From positions 1-64,000 of the IMG/VR virus record IMGVR_UViG_3300033072_000537: 64,000 nt of DNA; one strand, 5' to 3'. The notes beneath the pieces are model-generated. The model had not been told where the DNA came from. It ran no database searches and saw only the letters and a list, made by a program, of their open reading frames with translations. Shown here in pieces: positions 9,329 to 17,003 of the stretch. This stretch comes from a virus. Lineage: Duplodnaviria > Caudoviricetes. The position numbers and the translations under genes are program-made. Position 1 is the stretch's first letter, and every line of letters begins with the position of its first letter.

Positions 9329-12300
9329 ATGTCTGTCACGATGCCCCCCCAGTATTACGACCGCACTGACCCGGCGAAGAACTACGAGCAACATCTGTTC
9401 ATCGCGGGTCGCGGCCTCCAGTCCGCAGAAATGAATGAGGCTCAAAAAGCCGCCCAGAACCGCTTGCGCGGCGTGGCTGACGCGCTGTTCCGCGACGGCG
9501 ACATCATCCGTGACGCGAGCTGCTTGGTGAATCCCGATACCGGCTTCGTCCAGTGCCAGTCGGGCGCGCTCTACATCCGTGGCGCAGTCCGTGGTGTGGC
9601 CCCGGCCAGTTTCACGATCCCGATTGTCGGCAATGTCGCAATCGGTATTCGTCTGCACGAGAGCGTGATCACGCATCTTGAAGACCCGACGCTGCTCGAC
9701 CCGGCGACCGGCACCCGCAACTATCAGGAACCTGGCGCAGAGCGCCTGCAAGTAGTTGCTGTGTGGGGCTGGGATGGCGATGGTGAGTCCGGTGAGTTCT
9801 TCCCGGTCTACTCCGTAGTTAATGGCGTCCTGAGCGCCAAGGAAGCGCCTCCGTCGCTGGACTCCGTCACGCAGGCGCTGGCCCGCTACGACCGCGACTC
9901 TGCTGGCGGCACCTACATCGTCAGCGGCCTGATCCTGTCACAGCTCACGGATGTGGCAGGCGTCCAGTATTACTCGCTGTCGGACGGTCGGGCGCGCGTT
10001 TATGGCTACGGCGTCGAATTCCCGACCGCTCGCCGCATCGCTCACAACGCCACGACCGATCTGCGGCATATCGAGAACGAGCCGCATCTGTCGTCCACGG
10101 CTGGTGCTCAACGGATCAACTTCGACCGCAAGCCTGGCACCGCGATTACGGAAGTCACGATCACCGCTCAGAAGACCGTCACGCTGACGCACGGTTCGTT
10201 CACCGGGGCTATCGACCCCCTGCCGGACACTAGCATCCTGTCGATTGTTTCCGTCACGCAGGGCGTCACCACCTACGCCTCCGGTACCGACTACAACCTG
10301 ACGGCAGGTTCGGTTGATTGGTCACCTGGCGGTGCCGAGCCGGCCCCGGGTTCGACGTACAGCGTCACTTACCGCTATCTGACCAACGTCACCCCGACTG
10401 CAATCGACGACGACGGCTTCACCGTCACCGGTGCCATCGTCGGCTCTCTCGTGCTCGTGACCTACAGCCAGAAGCTCCCGCGCTACGACCGCCTCTGCAT
10501 CGACACCGACGGGAATACGGTCTGGCTGACCGGCGTCGCGTCCGAGTACAACCCGCTCCAGCCGATCATCCCGCCCGACCTGCTGGCGGTGGCGACTGTC
10601 TATCAGACCTGGCGCGATACCCGCACCGTCACGAACGACGGCGTTTATACCGTGCCCATGCCGACGCTGTCGAAGGTCGAGCGCCGCTTGGACGAGCTCA
10701 CCCAGTTGATCGCCCAGCAGCGGCTGGAGTCGTCCATCCACACCCGCGAGGCTGGTGCCAAGAAAGGCCTCTTCACTGACCCGTTTATTGATGACAGTCA
10801 GCGCGACGCCGGAACGACTCAGACGGCCGCCGTGGTCAATGGCGAGCTGGTGCTGCCCATCACGGCGACCGTCATTTACTCGCCGTCTGACCTGACTGCG
10901 CCGCAGTCGCTACCGGCTACCCTCTCGACTTCCCTCCAGCAGCCGCTGCGCTCTGGCAACATGAAGATCAACCCGTACCTGGCGTTTGATCCTCCGCCGG
11001 CCATCATTACGCTGACGCCGAGCCTTGACCGCTGGACTGAACAGCAGACGGCCTGGGCAAGCCCGGCCACTGGTTTCTGGGCGCATGAGCCAGGCGGGGC
11101 AATGATCACAACGACCGAGGTCGTTAGCCGCACTTCTCAAGCTGCAAAGACCCTGCGTCAGATTCCGGTTTCTGTCCGGATCGAGGGGTTCCAGCCTGGC
11201 GAGCCACTGACCTCATTCACGTTCGACGGCGTGCAAGTGATGTCCGGCACCGCCAACTCAAGCGGCGTGGTCACTGGCAGCTTCACGATCCCGGCAAATG
11301 TCGCTGCTGGTGTTAAGTCCGTTAATGCAGTAGGCGCTGCCGGCACGAAGGGCTCTGCCGCATTCGTTGGCCAAGGTTCCGTTGATGTTACCACCATTAG
11401 ACTGGTGACTAGCCGTTTGGCTCCGAACCCGCCACGGATTGACCCGCTGGCGCAGACTTTCACCCTGGACACGCCTCAGCAAGTCGGTGGCGTCGAGCTG
11501 TGGTTTACGACCAAGCCGACTACCGAGACGCTCGTCCAGATTCGTGAAACTGCCACAGGCTTTCCGACCTCGAGCGTGATTGCTGAGGGGCGTATCCAGC
11601 CGTCCGCGATCTCTACAACTGGCTGGACACGCATCCCGTTCTCGTTCCCGGTCAGCTTGCTGCCTGGTGTCGAGTACGCGATTGTTACTCTGTGCAACGA
11701 CTCGAACGGCGCTGTTGCCGTTGCCGAGCTTGGCAAGCAGGACGTCGCTTCGCAGCGCTGGATTACGAGCCAGCCCTACACCGTTGGCGTGCTGCTCTCG
11801 TCCTCCAATGCGAGCACTTGGACCGCGCATCAAGACCGCGACATGGCGTTCCGCTTGCTGCGCTCCAACTACACGGCCAATACCCGCACGGTGTCTATCG
11901 GCACCGTGGCCGTGACCAACGCGACCGATCTTGCCCTGCTGGCCGCAAGCGAGATTCCGTCCTCGCAGACCTCCGTTGATTACACGGTAACACTGCCGTC
12001 AGGCGATGTGTTGGTGATGGCTGAGGGCCAGAAGGCGCAGCTGTCGTCCGCCGTGACTGGCAACGTGTCGATTGCAGCCCGCTTGACTGGCACCGCTGAT
12101 TTTTCGCCGGTCGTGTATCCGGGAACCCAGCTCATTGCCGGCCACATCGAAAACACTGGCGACTACGTGTCCCGAGCCGTCCCTGCTGGCTCGAACGTCA
12201 TCGTCAAGGTGATTTACGAGGGCGTCGTGCCGAGCGGTGCAACCGTTGAGTGCTACTACAAGGGGCCGGACGCAGGGGATACCTGGACCGCCGTTCCGAT

Positions 12301-12460
12301 GACCTCGACCAGCCCCGCCGACGACGGTTTTGTCGAGTTCATCCGCAGTATCTCTGGTGTCACTGAGACGTCCGTTCAGATCAAGCTGGTCCTGAATGGC
12401 ACCCCGGCTGCTCGCCCGCGTCTGCGTGATCTCCGCGTCATCGTTCTGGAGAACATTTAA
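9329..12460 (+). CDS. Large baseplate/receptor-binding structural protein (DUF4815/VrlC-like)
   Basis: 1043 aa; YYDR..P.KNYE, GRGLQSAEMNE, GLFTDPF, DPLAQTF, LLSSSNASTWT motifs. Confidence 0.75.
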   Translation: MSVTMPPQYYDRTDPAKNYEQHLFIAGRGLQSAEMNEAQKAAQNRLRGVADALFRDGDIIRDASCLVNPDTGFVQCQSGALYIRGAVRGVAPASFTIPIVGNVAIGIRLHESVITHLEDPTLLDPATGTRNYQEPGAERLQVVAVWGWDGDGESGEFFPVYSVVNGVLSAKEAPPSLDSVTQALARYDRDSAGGTYIVSGLILSQLTDVAGVQYYSLSDGRARVYGYGVEFPTARRIAHNATTDLRHIENEPHLSSTAGAQRINFDRKPGTAITEVTITAQKTVTLTHGSFTGAIDPLPDTSILSIVSVTQGVTTYASGTDYNLTAGSVDWSPGGAEPAPGSTYSVTYRYLTNVTPTAIDDDGFTVTGAIVGSLVLVTYSQKLPRYDRLCIDTDGNTVWLTGVASEYNPLQPIIPPDLLAVATVYQTWRDTRTVTNDGVYTVPMPTLSKVERRLDELTQLIAQQRLESSIHTREAGAKKGLFTDPFIDDSQRDAGTTQTAAVVNGELVLPITATVIYSPSDLTAPQSLPATLSTSLQQPLRSGNMKINPYLAFDPPPAIITLTPSLDRWTEQQTAWASPATGFWAHEPGGAMITTTEVVSRTSQAAKTLRQIPVSVRIEGFQPGEPLTSFTFDGVQVMSGTANSSGVVTGSFTIPANVAAGVKSVNAVGAAGTKGSAAFVGQGSVDVTTIRLVTSRLAPNPPRIDPLAQTFTLDTPQQVGGVELWFTTKPTTETLVQIRETATGFPTSSVIAEGRIQPSAISTTGWTRIPFSFPVSLLPGVEYAIVTLCNDSNGAVAVAELGKQDVASQRWITSQPYTVGVLLSSSNASTWTAHQDRDMAFRLLRSNYTANTRTVSIGTVAVTNATDLALLAASEIPSSQTSVDYTVTLPSGDVLVMAEGQKAQLSSAVTGNVSIAARLTGTADFSPVVYPGTQLIAGHIENTGDYVSRAVPAGSNVIVKVIYEGVVPSGATVECYYKGPDAGDTWTAVPMTSTSPADDGFVEFIRSISGVTETSVQIKLVLNGTPAARPRLRDLRVIVLENI

Positions 12461-14283
12461 TGATTGATGATCGCACGTCGATTTTTTCTCTTCCGCTACC
12501 GAATGCGAACAATTCGCTTTCTGACGACGTAGCGCGGCTCCGCTCCGCGCTGGCCGCCATCGACTCAGCGCTGGCGTCGCGTCAGGCGATCAGCGAGAAG
12601 GGTGCGGCCAACGGCTACGCCCCGCTCGACAGCCTGGGCAAGGTGCCGTCGGCTAACCTGCCGAGCTTCGTTGATGATGTTTTGGAGGTTGCAAACTACG
12701 CGGCTCTGCCAGCAACCGGCGAGACTGGCAAGATTTATGTAACGCTCGACAACAGCCGGACCTATCGCTGGGGCGGCTCTGCTTACGTACAGATTCATGC
12801 GTCTCCAGGCACCACCGATGACATCGTCGAAGGCCTGATGAACCTGTTTTTCACGCCGGCCCGTGCCCGCGCTGCGCAGAATATCGCCACGCCGAGCCAG
12901 CTTGGGTTGGTCAAGATCGGGTCGAACCTCGTCATTGACGAGAACGGCCTGCTCTCTGCGCCTGGCAGCCAGTCGGCCACCAACACCTTCGTCGATCAGT
13001 ATTTCACGCCCACCGCCGGTCAGATGACATTCACGGTCACTGGTGGGTATGTGGTCGGGAAGATTGAGGTGTTCCTGAACGGCGTCCTGCTGTTCGCCGA
13101 CGACTACACGGCCACGAACGGCGTGCATGTCGTTTTGTCGGCAGGCGTAGCCACGACGGACACCCTGCTGGTGCGCAAGTGGTCTAGTTTTGATACAGCC
13201 TTGCTTGCGACCCAAGCTGAAGCAGAGGCCGGGACTGATCAGGCGAAGCTGATGACGCCGCTGCGGGTAGCGCAGGAAATTGTTGCTCAGGCCAAACTGT
13301 CAATCTCGTCACGCACGGCAAACACAATGCTCGCAGTTGCTGACAGGGCTGCGCTGATCAACATCACGTCAGGAACATTTACTCAAACGTTTGATGCGGT
13401 CGCTACGCTCAAAAACGGCTGGTACTGCTATATCAAGAACAGCGGGACGGGCGATATTACGCTCGATCCGAATGCCAGCGAACTGATTGACGGACTGACC
13501 AGTTACGTCATGTACCCGGGCGAGATGCGCCTGATTCAGTGCGACGGGACCAAGCTGACGTCAGTGGTCCTCGCGCCGTTTTATCGGACATTCACGGCAT
13601 CTGGTAACTTTATCAAACCCCCTGGGTATTCACGGTTTGAGGGCCTTCTGTGGGGCGCTGGTGGTAGTGGTGGGAAGCATTCTACAATCGGAGGTGGTGG
13701 GGGTGGGGGCGGTGCATGTAATCCATTCATCGTCGCTGCGTCTGCAATCGCGTCTACGCAGCCAGTGGTTATTGGGGCTGGCGGAATCGCTGTTACAACA
13801 AGTTTGCTAGGAAACGTTGGCGGAAATTCAACTTTTGGATCGATTACGGCATACGGTGGCGGTCCTGGTGGATCAGGCTCGCCAGGCGGAGGTGGTGGCG
13901 GCGTGCTTTCTGCAGGTGCAAACGGGCTCGGCGGACTTCCAACCCAAGATATGCTCGGTGGCGTCTCTGTTTTTGGCGGCGGATGCTCTGCGGCAAGCTC
14001 CGCCGGCAAGAGTCCGCATTCGGGCTACGGTGGCGGGGCTGGCGGTAACTCTAACTATTCGGTCGCAGGAAACTCAGTGTACGGCGGTGGCGGCGGCGGC
14101 GGAAGCACAAGCGGTCAATACACACCTGGGACATCAGTTTACGGGGGGAGCGGAGGCGCTGGTAGCGATACTGGGTCCGGTAGCAATGGCGTGGTTCCAG
14201 GTGGGGGCGGGGGAGCGACCATTTCTGGGGCTTCAACGGGCGCCGGCGCCAGAGGCGAATTGCGCGTTTGGGGGGTGGTGTAA
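12460..14283 (+). CDS. Tail fibre protein with C-terminal glycine-rich domain
   Basis: KGAANGYAPLDSLGKVP..LPSFVDDV, ATQAEAEAGT, dense GGGGG repeats in the last 200 aa. Confidence 0.8.
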   Translation: MIDDRTSIFSLPLPNANNSLSDDVARLRSALAAIDSALASRQAISEKGAANGYAPLDSLGKVPSANLPSFVDDVLEVANYAALPATGETGKIYVTLDNSRTYRWGGSAYVQIHASPGTTDDIVEGLMNLFFTPARARAAQNIATPSQLGLVKIGSNLVIDENGLLSAPGSQSATNTFVDQYFTPTAGQMTFTVTGGYVVGKIEVFLNGVLLFADDYTATNGVHVVLSAGVATTDTLLVRKWSSFDTALLATQAEAEAGTDQAKLMTPLRVAQEIVAQAKLSISSRTANTMLAVADRAALINITSGTFTQTFDAVATLKNGWYCYIKNSGTGDITLDPNASELIDGLTSYVMYPGEMRLIQCDGTKLTSVVLAPFYRTFTASGNFIKPPGYSRFEGLLWGAGGSGGKHSTIGGGGGGGGACNPFIVAASAIASTQPVVIGAGGIAVTTSLLGNVGGNSTFGSITAYGGGPGGSGSPGGGGGGVLSAGANGLGGLPTQDMLGGVSVFGGGCSAASSAGKSPHSGYGGGAGGNSNYSVAGNSVYGGGGGGGSTSGQYTPGTSVYGGSGGAGSDTGSGSNGVVPGGGGGATISGASTGAGARGELRVWGVV

Positions 14284-14825
14284 TGAGAGCAGTAATTGTT
14301 GATAACGGTGTTGTCGTCAATGTCGTAGAGGCTTCGAAAGAGTTTGCGGCCGAGCAAGGTTGGATTGTTTCCGACATTGCTCAGATCGGGATGATCTTCG
14401 ACGGGAGGTCCTTTTCAACACCTGATCGCTGGTCATCCGTAGAGTCCGCTCAATCTGATCTGATCAGCCAGATCAACGCCCGGCGCGACCAGCTCGAAAC
14501 TGCTGGCTTCCCCTACGCCGGCCTCTGGTTTCAGAGCGACCAGCGCTCGGTCGATCGCCTCAACTCGACCGCGTTGACGGCGTCGGCCGCCCTGATCTCC
14601 GGGCAGTCGGTTACCTTCCCTGACTGGCTCTCGGCGGACAACACGCCGCTGCCCGTCGACGCAGCCGGTATGCTGGCGCTGCAGGCTGCGCTGACGCAGC
14701 ACGCCGGAGCGCTGCACCAGCACGCCAAGAGGCTGAAGGCTGAGGTGGTCGCTGCCACTGCGGTAGCAGACCTTGAGTCTATCGACATTACTGCCGGCTG
14801 GCCCGGCCAACAGGGAGGTGTATGA
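14283..14825 (+). CDS. Tail fibre assembly chaperone (DUF4376-like)
   Basis: TAATG overlap with fibre; INARRD..ETAGF, FQSD, W.SADN motifs. Confidence 0.7.
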   Translation: MRAVIVDNGVVVNVVEASKEFAAEQGWIVSDIAQIGMIFDGRSFSTPDRWSSVESAQSDLISQINARRDQLETAGFPYAGLWFQSDQRSVDRLNSTALTASAALISGQSVTFPDWLSADNTPLPVDAAGMLALQAALTQHAGALHQHAKRLKAEVVAATAVADLESIDITAGWPGQQGGV

Positions 14826-15361
14826 GCCTTGCACGTAATCTTGCAGACGCAGGAGTAGTTGCCGGGGGCCTGGCCCCCACTGGTGTGGTCCTCCCCTTCG
14901 CCGGGACCGCAGCGCCGACAGGCTGGCTGCTCTGTGCGGGCCAAGCCGTCTCCCGCACCACGTATGCCGCCCTGTTCGCTGCCATCGGCACGACATACGG
15001 CACTGGTGACGGCAGCACGACATTCAATCTTCCCGACCTGCGCGGGCGCGTCGCCGCCGGCAAGGATGATATGGGCGGCACGGCAGCAAGCCGGCTGACC
15101 ACGGGGGGCTCCGGCGTGAATGGCGCGTCGCTCGGAGCGGCTGGCGGCGCGGAAACCCACACGCTGACTGTCGCACAGATGCCATCGCACAGCCACACGG
15201 TCAGCGGCGCGACAGCGCCCCCGATTGGCTCAGGCAGCAACGACGTGCGCAGCTCAGGCGCTGCCACGGGGGCGGCTCCGACGACGAATAGTCAGGGCGG
15301 CGGGACAGCCCACAACAACACCCAGCCCACGCTGGTGCTCAATCACATCATCAAATCATGA
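14822..15361 (+). CDS. Phage tail collar domain protein
   Basis: PTGVVLPFAG..APTGWLLCAGQ..SRTTYAALFAAIG..TFNLPDLRGR; HNNTQP. Confidence 0.9.
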   Translation: MSLARNLADAGVVAGGLAPTGVVLPFAGTAAPTGWLLCAGQAVSRTTYAALFAAIGTTYGTGDGSTTFNLPDLRGRVAAGKDDMGGTAASRLTTGGSGVNGASLGAAGGAETHTLTVAQMPSHSHTVSGATAPPIGSGSNDVRSSGAATGAAPTTNSQGGGTAHNNTQPTLVLNHIIKS

Positions 15362-15687
15362 AAACCTACTTCGTCCGCATTCTCATCGTTCTGGGCTCGA
15401 TGTTCATGGCCCTGATTGCCAACGTGATTGCACTGGTCGCCGCGCTGCTCGGCAAGGGCCGCGCATGGCCCGTGGCGGTTGCCAACGACCAGGCCCTGAA
15501 CGCCGCCCTCGCAGGCTACGCCGGCAGCGAGGACGAGACGGTCAGCAGTCGGGCCGGCAAAGCCCAGCTCGCAGGGAAACGGTGGGGCTGCGTGCTCTGC
15601 CGCCTCTTGGATCACATCGACCCGGGGCACTGTTCAAAGAGCATTGAGCCCGACGAGGGTCGTGACCGCATAATGCCAGGAAAATAA
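15358..15687 (+). CDS. Phage membrane protein
   Basis: N-terminal hydrophobic helix; DQ..N..L.G..DETVSSRAG, LC..LD.IDPGHC motif. Confidence 0.6.
   Translation: MKTYFVRILIVLGSMFMALIANVIALVAALLGKGRAWPVAVANDQALNAALAGYAGSEDETVSSRAGKAQLAGKRWGCVLCRLLDHIDPGHCSKSIEPDEGRDRIMPGK
15660..15674 (+). promoter_or_regulatory. Late-promoter-like motif TCGTGAC-CG-CATAAT
   Basis: Recurrent motif upstream of lysis genes. Confidence 0.6.
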
Positions 15688-15692
15688 CTCTC

Positions 15693-16019
15693 ATGGATAC
15701 GACAGTGGATTCACAGACCCTGATGATCGGCTTCAACATCCTGCTCGGGCTGGTGGCTTTTTTTGGCGGGATGGTCATTCGTGATCTGTCGCAGGCGGTT
15801 AAAGACCTTCGCGTCGCCGACGAAAAAATGGTAGAACGCTTGGGCGAGTACGCCAAGAAAGACGACATTCGGGAGCTGAAGGACGTCCTGCGCGAAATGA
15901 AGGACGAGGAGCGACGGTTGTTCGACAAGGTTTTCGACAAGCTCGAACAGATGGCGAAAGACCTTAGCCGAAAGGTCGACCGCGACGAGTGCGACGGCTG
16001 CTCAAGGAAGCACGCGTGA
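15693..16019 (+). CDS. Holin/antiholin-like single-TM protein
   Basis: One TM helix then a charged coiled coil; directly upstream of the spanins. Confidence 0.45.
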   Translation: MDTTVDSQTLMIGFNILLGLVAFFGGMVIRDLSQAVKDLRVADEKMVERLGEYAKKDDIRELKDVLREMKDEERRLFDKVFDKLEQMAKDLSRKVDRDECDGCSRKHA

Positions 16020-16588
16020 TGCCTATATGGTTCCGCCCCTGGATGGCCTGGCTGGCTGCCGTTGCCGCGCTGTCTGCCCTGCTTGCAATCCAGACCGTCC
16101 GGCTGTCTGAGGCCGAGAAAGCGACCGCCGACGAGGTAGCTGCGCATGCCGAAACCCAGCGCGACTACGCCGAGAAACTCGCTGAGGCGATCAGCACCGC
16201 CCGGCAAACCGAAACCGATCTGCGTGCCAGTCTGGACAAGCTCCAGGATCAGGCCGCCAAGGAGAAGGCAGATGCTAAAGCCCGTGAGGATGATCTTGTT
16301 GAGCGCGTTCGTACTGGCGAGCGCCGCTTGTCAATCGCCGCAGTGTGCCGTCCAGGTGCCTCCGGTACAGGCCTCCGTGCCCCCGCTGCCAGCGGCGGTC
16401 GGGCCGAAGTACCGCGAGCCGACATTGACCCGGCGGCTGGAGTCGCTCTTATCGGAATCGCCCGAGATGGCGACGAAGCAATCCGGGAGCGTAACGCCTG
16501 CATCTCAGCCTACGAGTCGGTAAGGTCCAAGCTGAACGCGATGTCTCAGGTATCTGCGGGAGGTTCAGGGGCATCGAGTTATCCCTAG
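16019..16588 (+). CDS. Rz: Inner-membrane spanin (Rz-like)
   Basis: N-terminal TM helix, coiled coil, RRLSI..C, GDEAIR..NAC motifs. Confidence 0.85.
   Translation: MPIWFRPWMAWLAAVAALSALLAIQTVRLSEAEKATADEVAAHAETQRDYAEKLAEAISTARQTETDLRASLDKLQDQAAKEKADAKAREDDLVERVRTGERRLSIAAVCRPGASGTGLRAPAASGGRAEVPRADIDPAAGVALIGIARDGDEAIRERNACISAYESVRSKLNAMSQVSAGGSGASSYP
16272..16523 (+). CDS. Rz1: Outer-membrane lipoprotein spanin (Rz1-like), nested in Rz in another frame
   Basis: MLKPVRMILLSAFVLASAAC signal with lipobox Cys, followed by a Pro-rich tail. Confidence 0.8.
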   Translation: MLKPVRMILLSAFVLASAACQSPQCAVQVPPVQASVPPLPAAVGPKYREPTLTRRLESLLSESPEMATKQSGSVTPASQPTSR

Positions 16589-16598
16589 TGCTGCGTCG

Positions 16599-16718
16599 GT
16601 CGTGCCTCCCCGTGTGTCGGCCAAGCACCACGACTGGTACAGTTACGTCCCGGAGATGCGCGAGCACGTCCTACCGAAGTGGGAGGCGTTTGTCGATCAG
16701 ATGCTAGGCCGCGAATAG
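16599..16718 (+). pseudogene. Possible C-terminal remnant of a tyrosine integrase
   Basis: Startless frame reads VSAKHHDWYSYVPEMREHVLPKWEAFVDQML, resembling integrase C-termini. Confidence 0.35.
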
Positions 16719-17003
16719 GTCGCGCTGCGGGGCGGGCGGGGGCGGTGGGGACTCCGCCCGCTGTTTCCTGGCGTAAAACAGCTGCTCCGCAAGTGCGCGC
16801 AGTTCGTCAGCTGCGGCCTTGCCGCGGATGTCCGCGACGCCCCGGTGTTTCTTGCCGGCGCCATCGGTGTAGCCGTACAGGAAGCGATTGCGATGGTCGC
16901 GACTCGGCATGGCGAGCAGGGCGCGGGCTTCGCACTCGGCTCGCCAAGCCTCTCCCCAGGTATCAACCGGCTGGCCGGTGAGTTCGGAGATGGCTACTGG
17001 CAT
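16704..17003 (-). CDS. Hypothetical phage protein
   Basis: 99 aa; EAWRAECEAR motif; overlaps the MTase stop. Confidence 0.65.
   Translation of the reverse strand: MPVAISELTGQPVDTWGEAWRAECEARALLAMPSRDHRNRFLYGYTDGAGKKHRGVADIRGKAAADELRALAEQLFYARKQRAESPPPPPAPQRDLFAA

Noticed and set aside
12460-15361. Diversity-generating retroelement or invertible tail-fibre cassette
   Set aside because: No reverse transcriptase, invertase or duplicated variable/template repeat seen; the Gly-rich part is only compositionally different.
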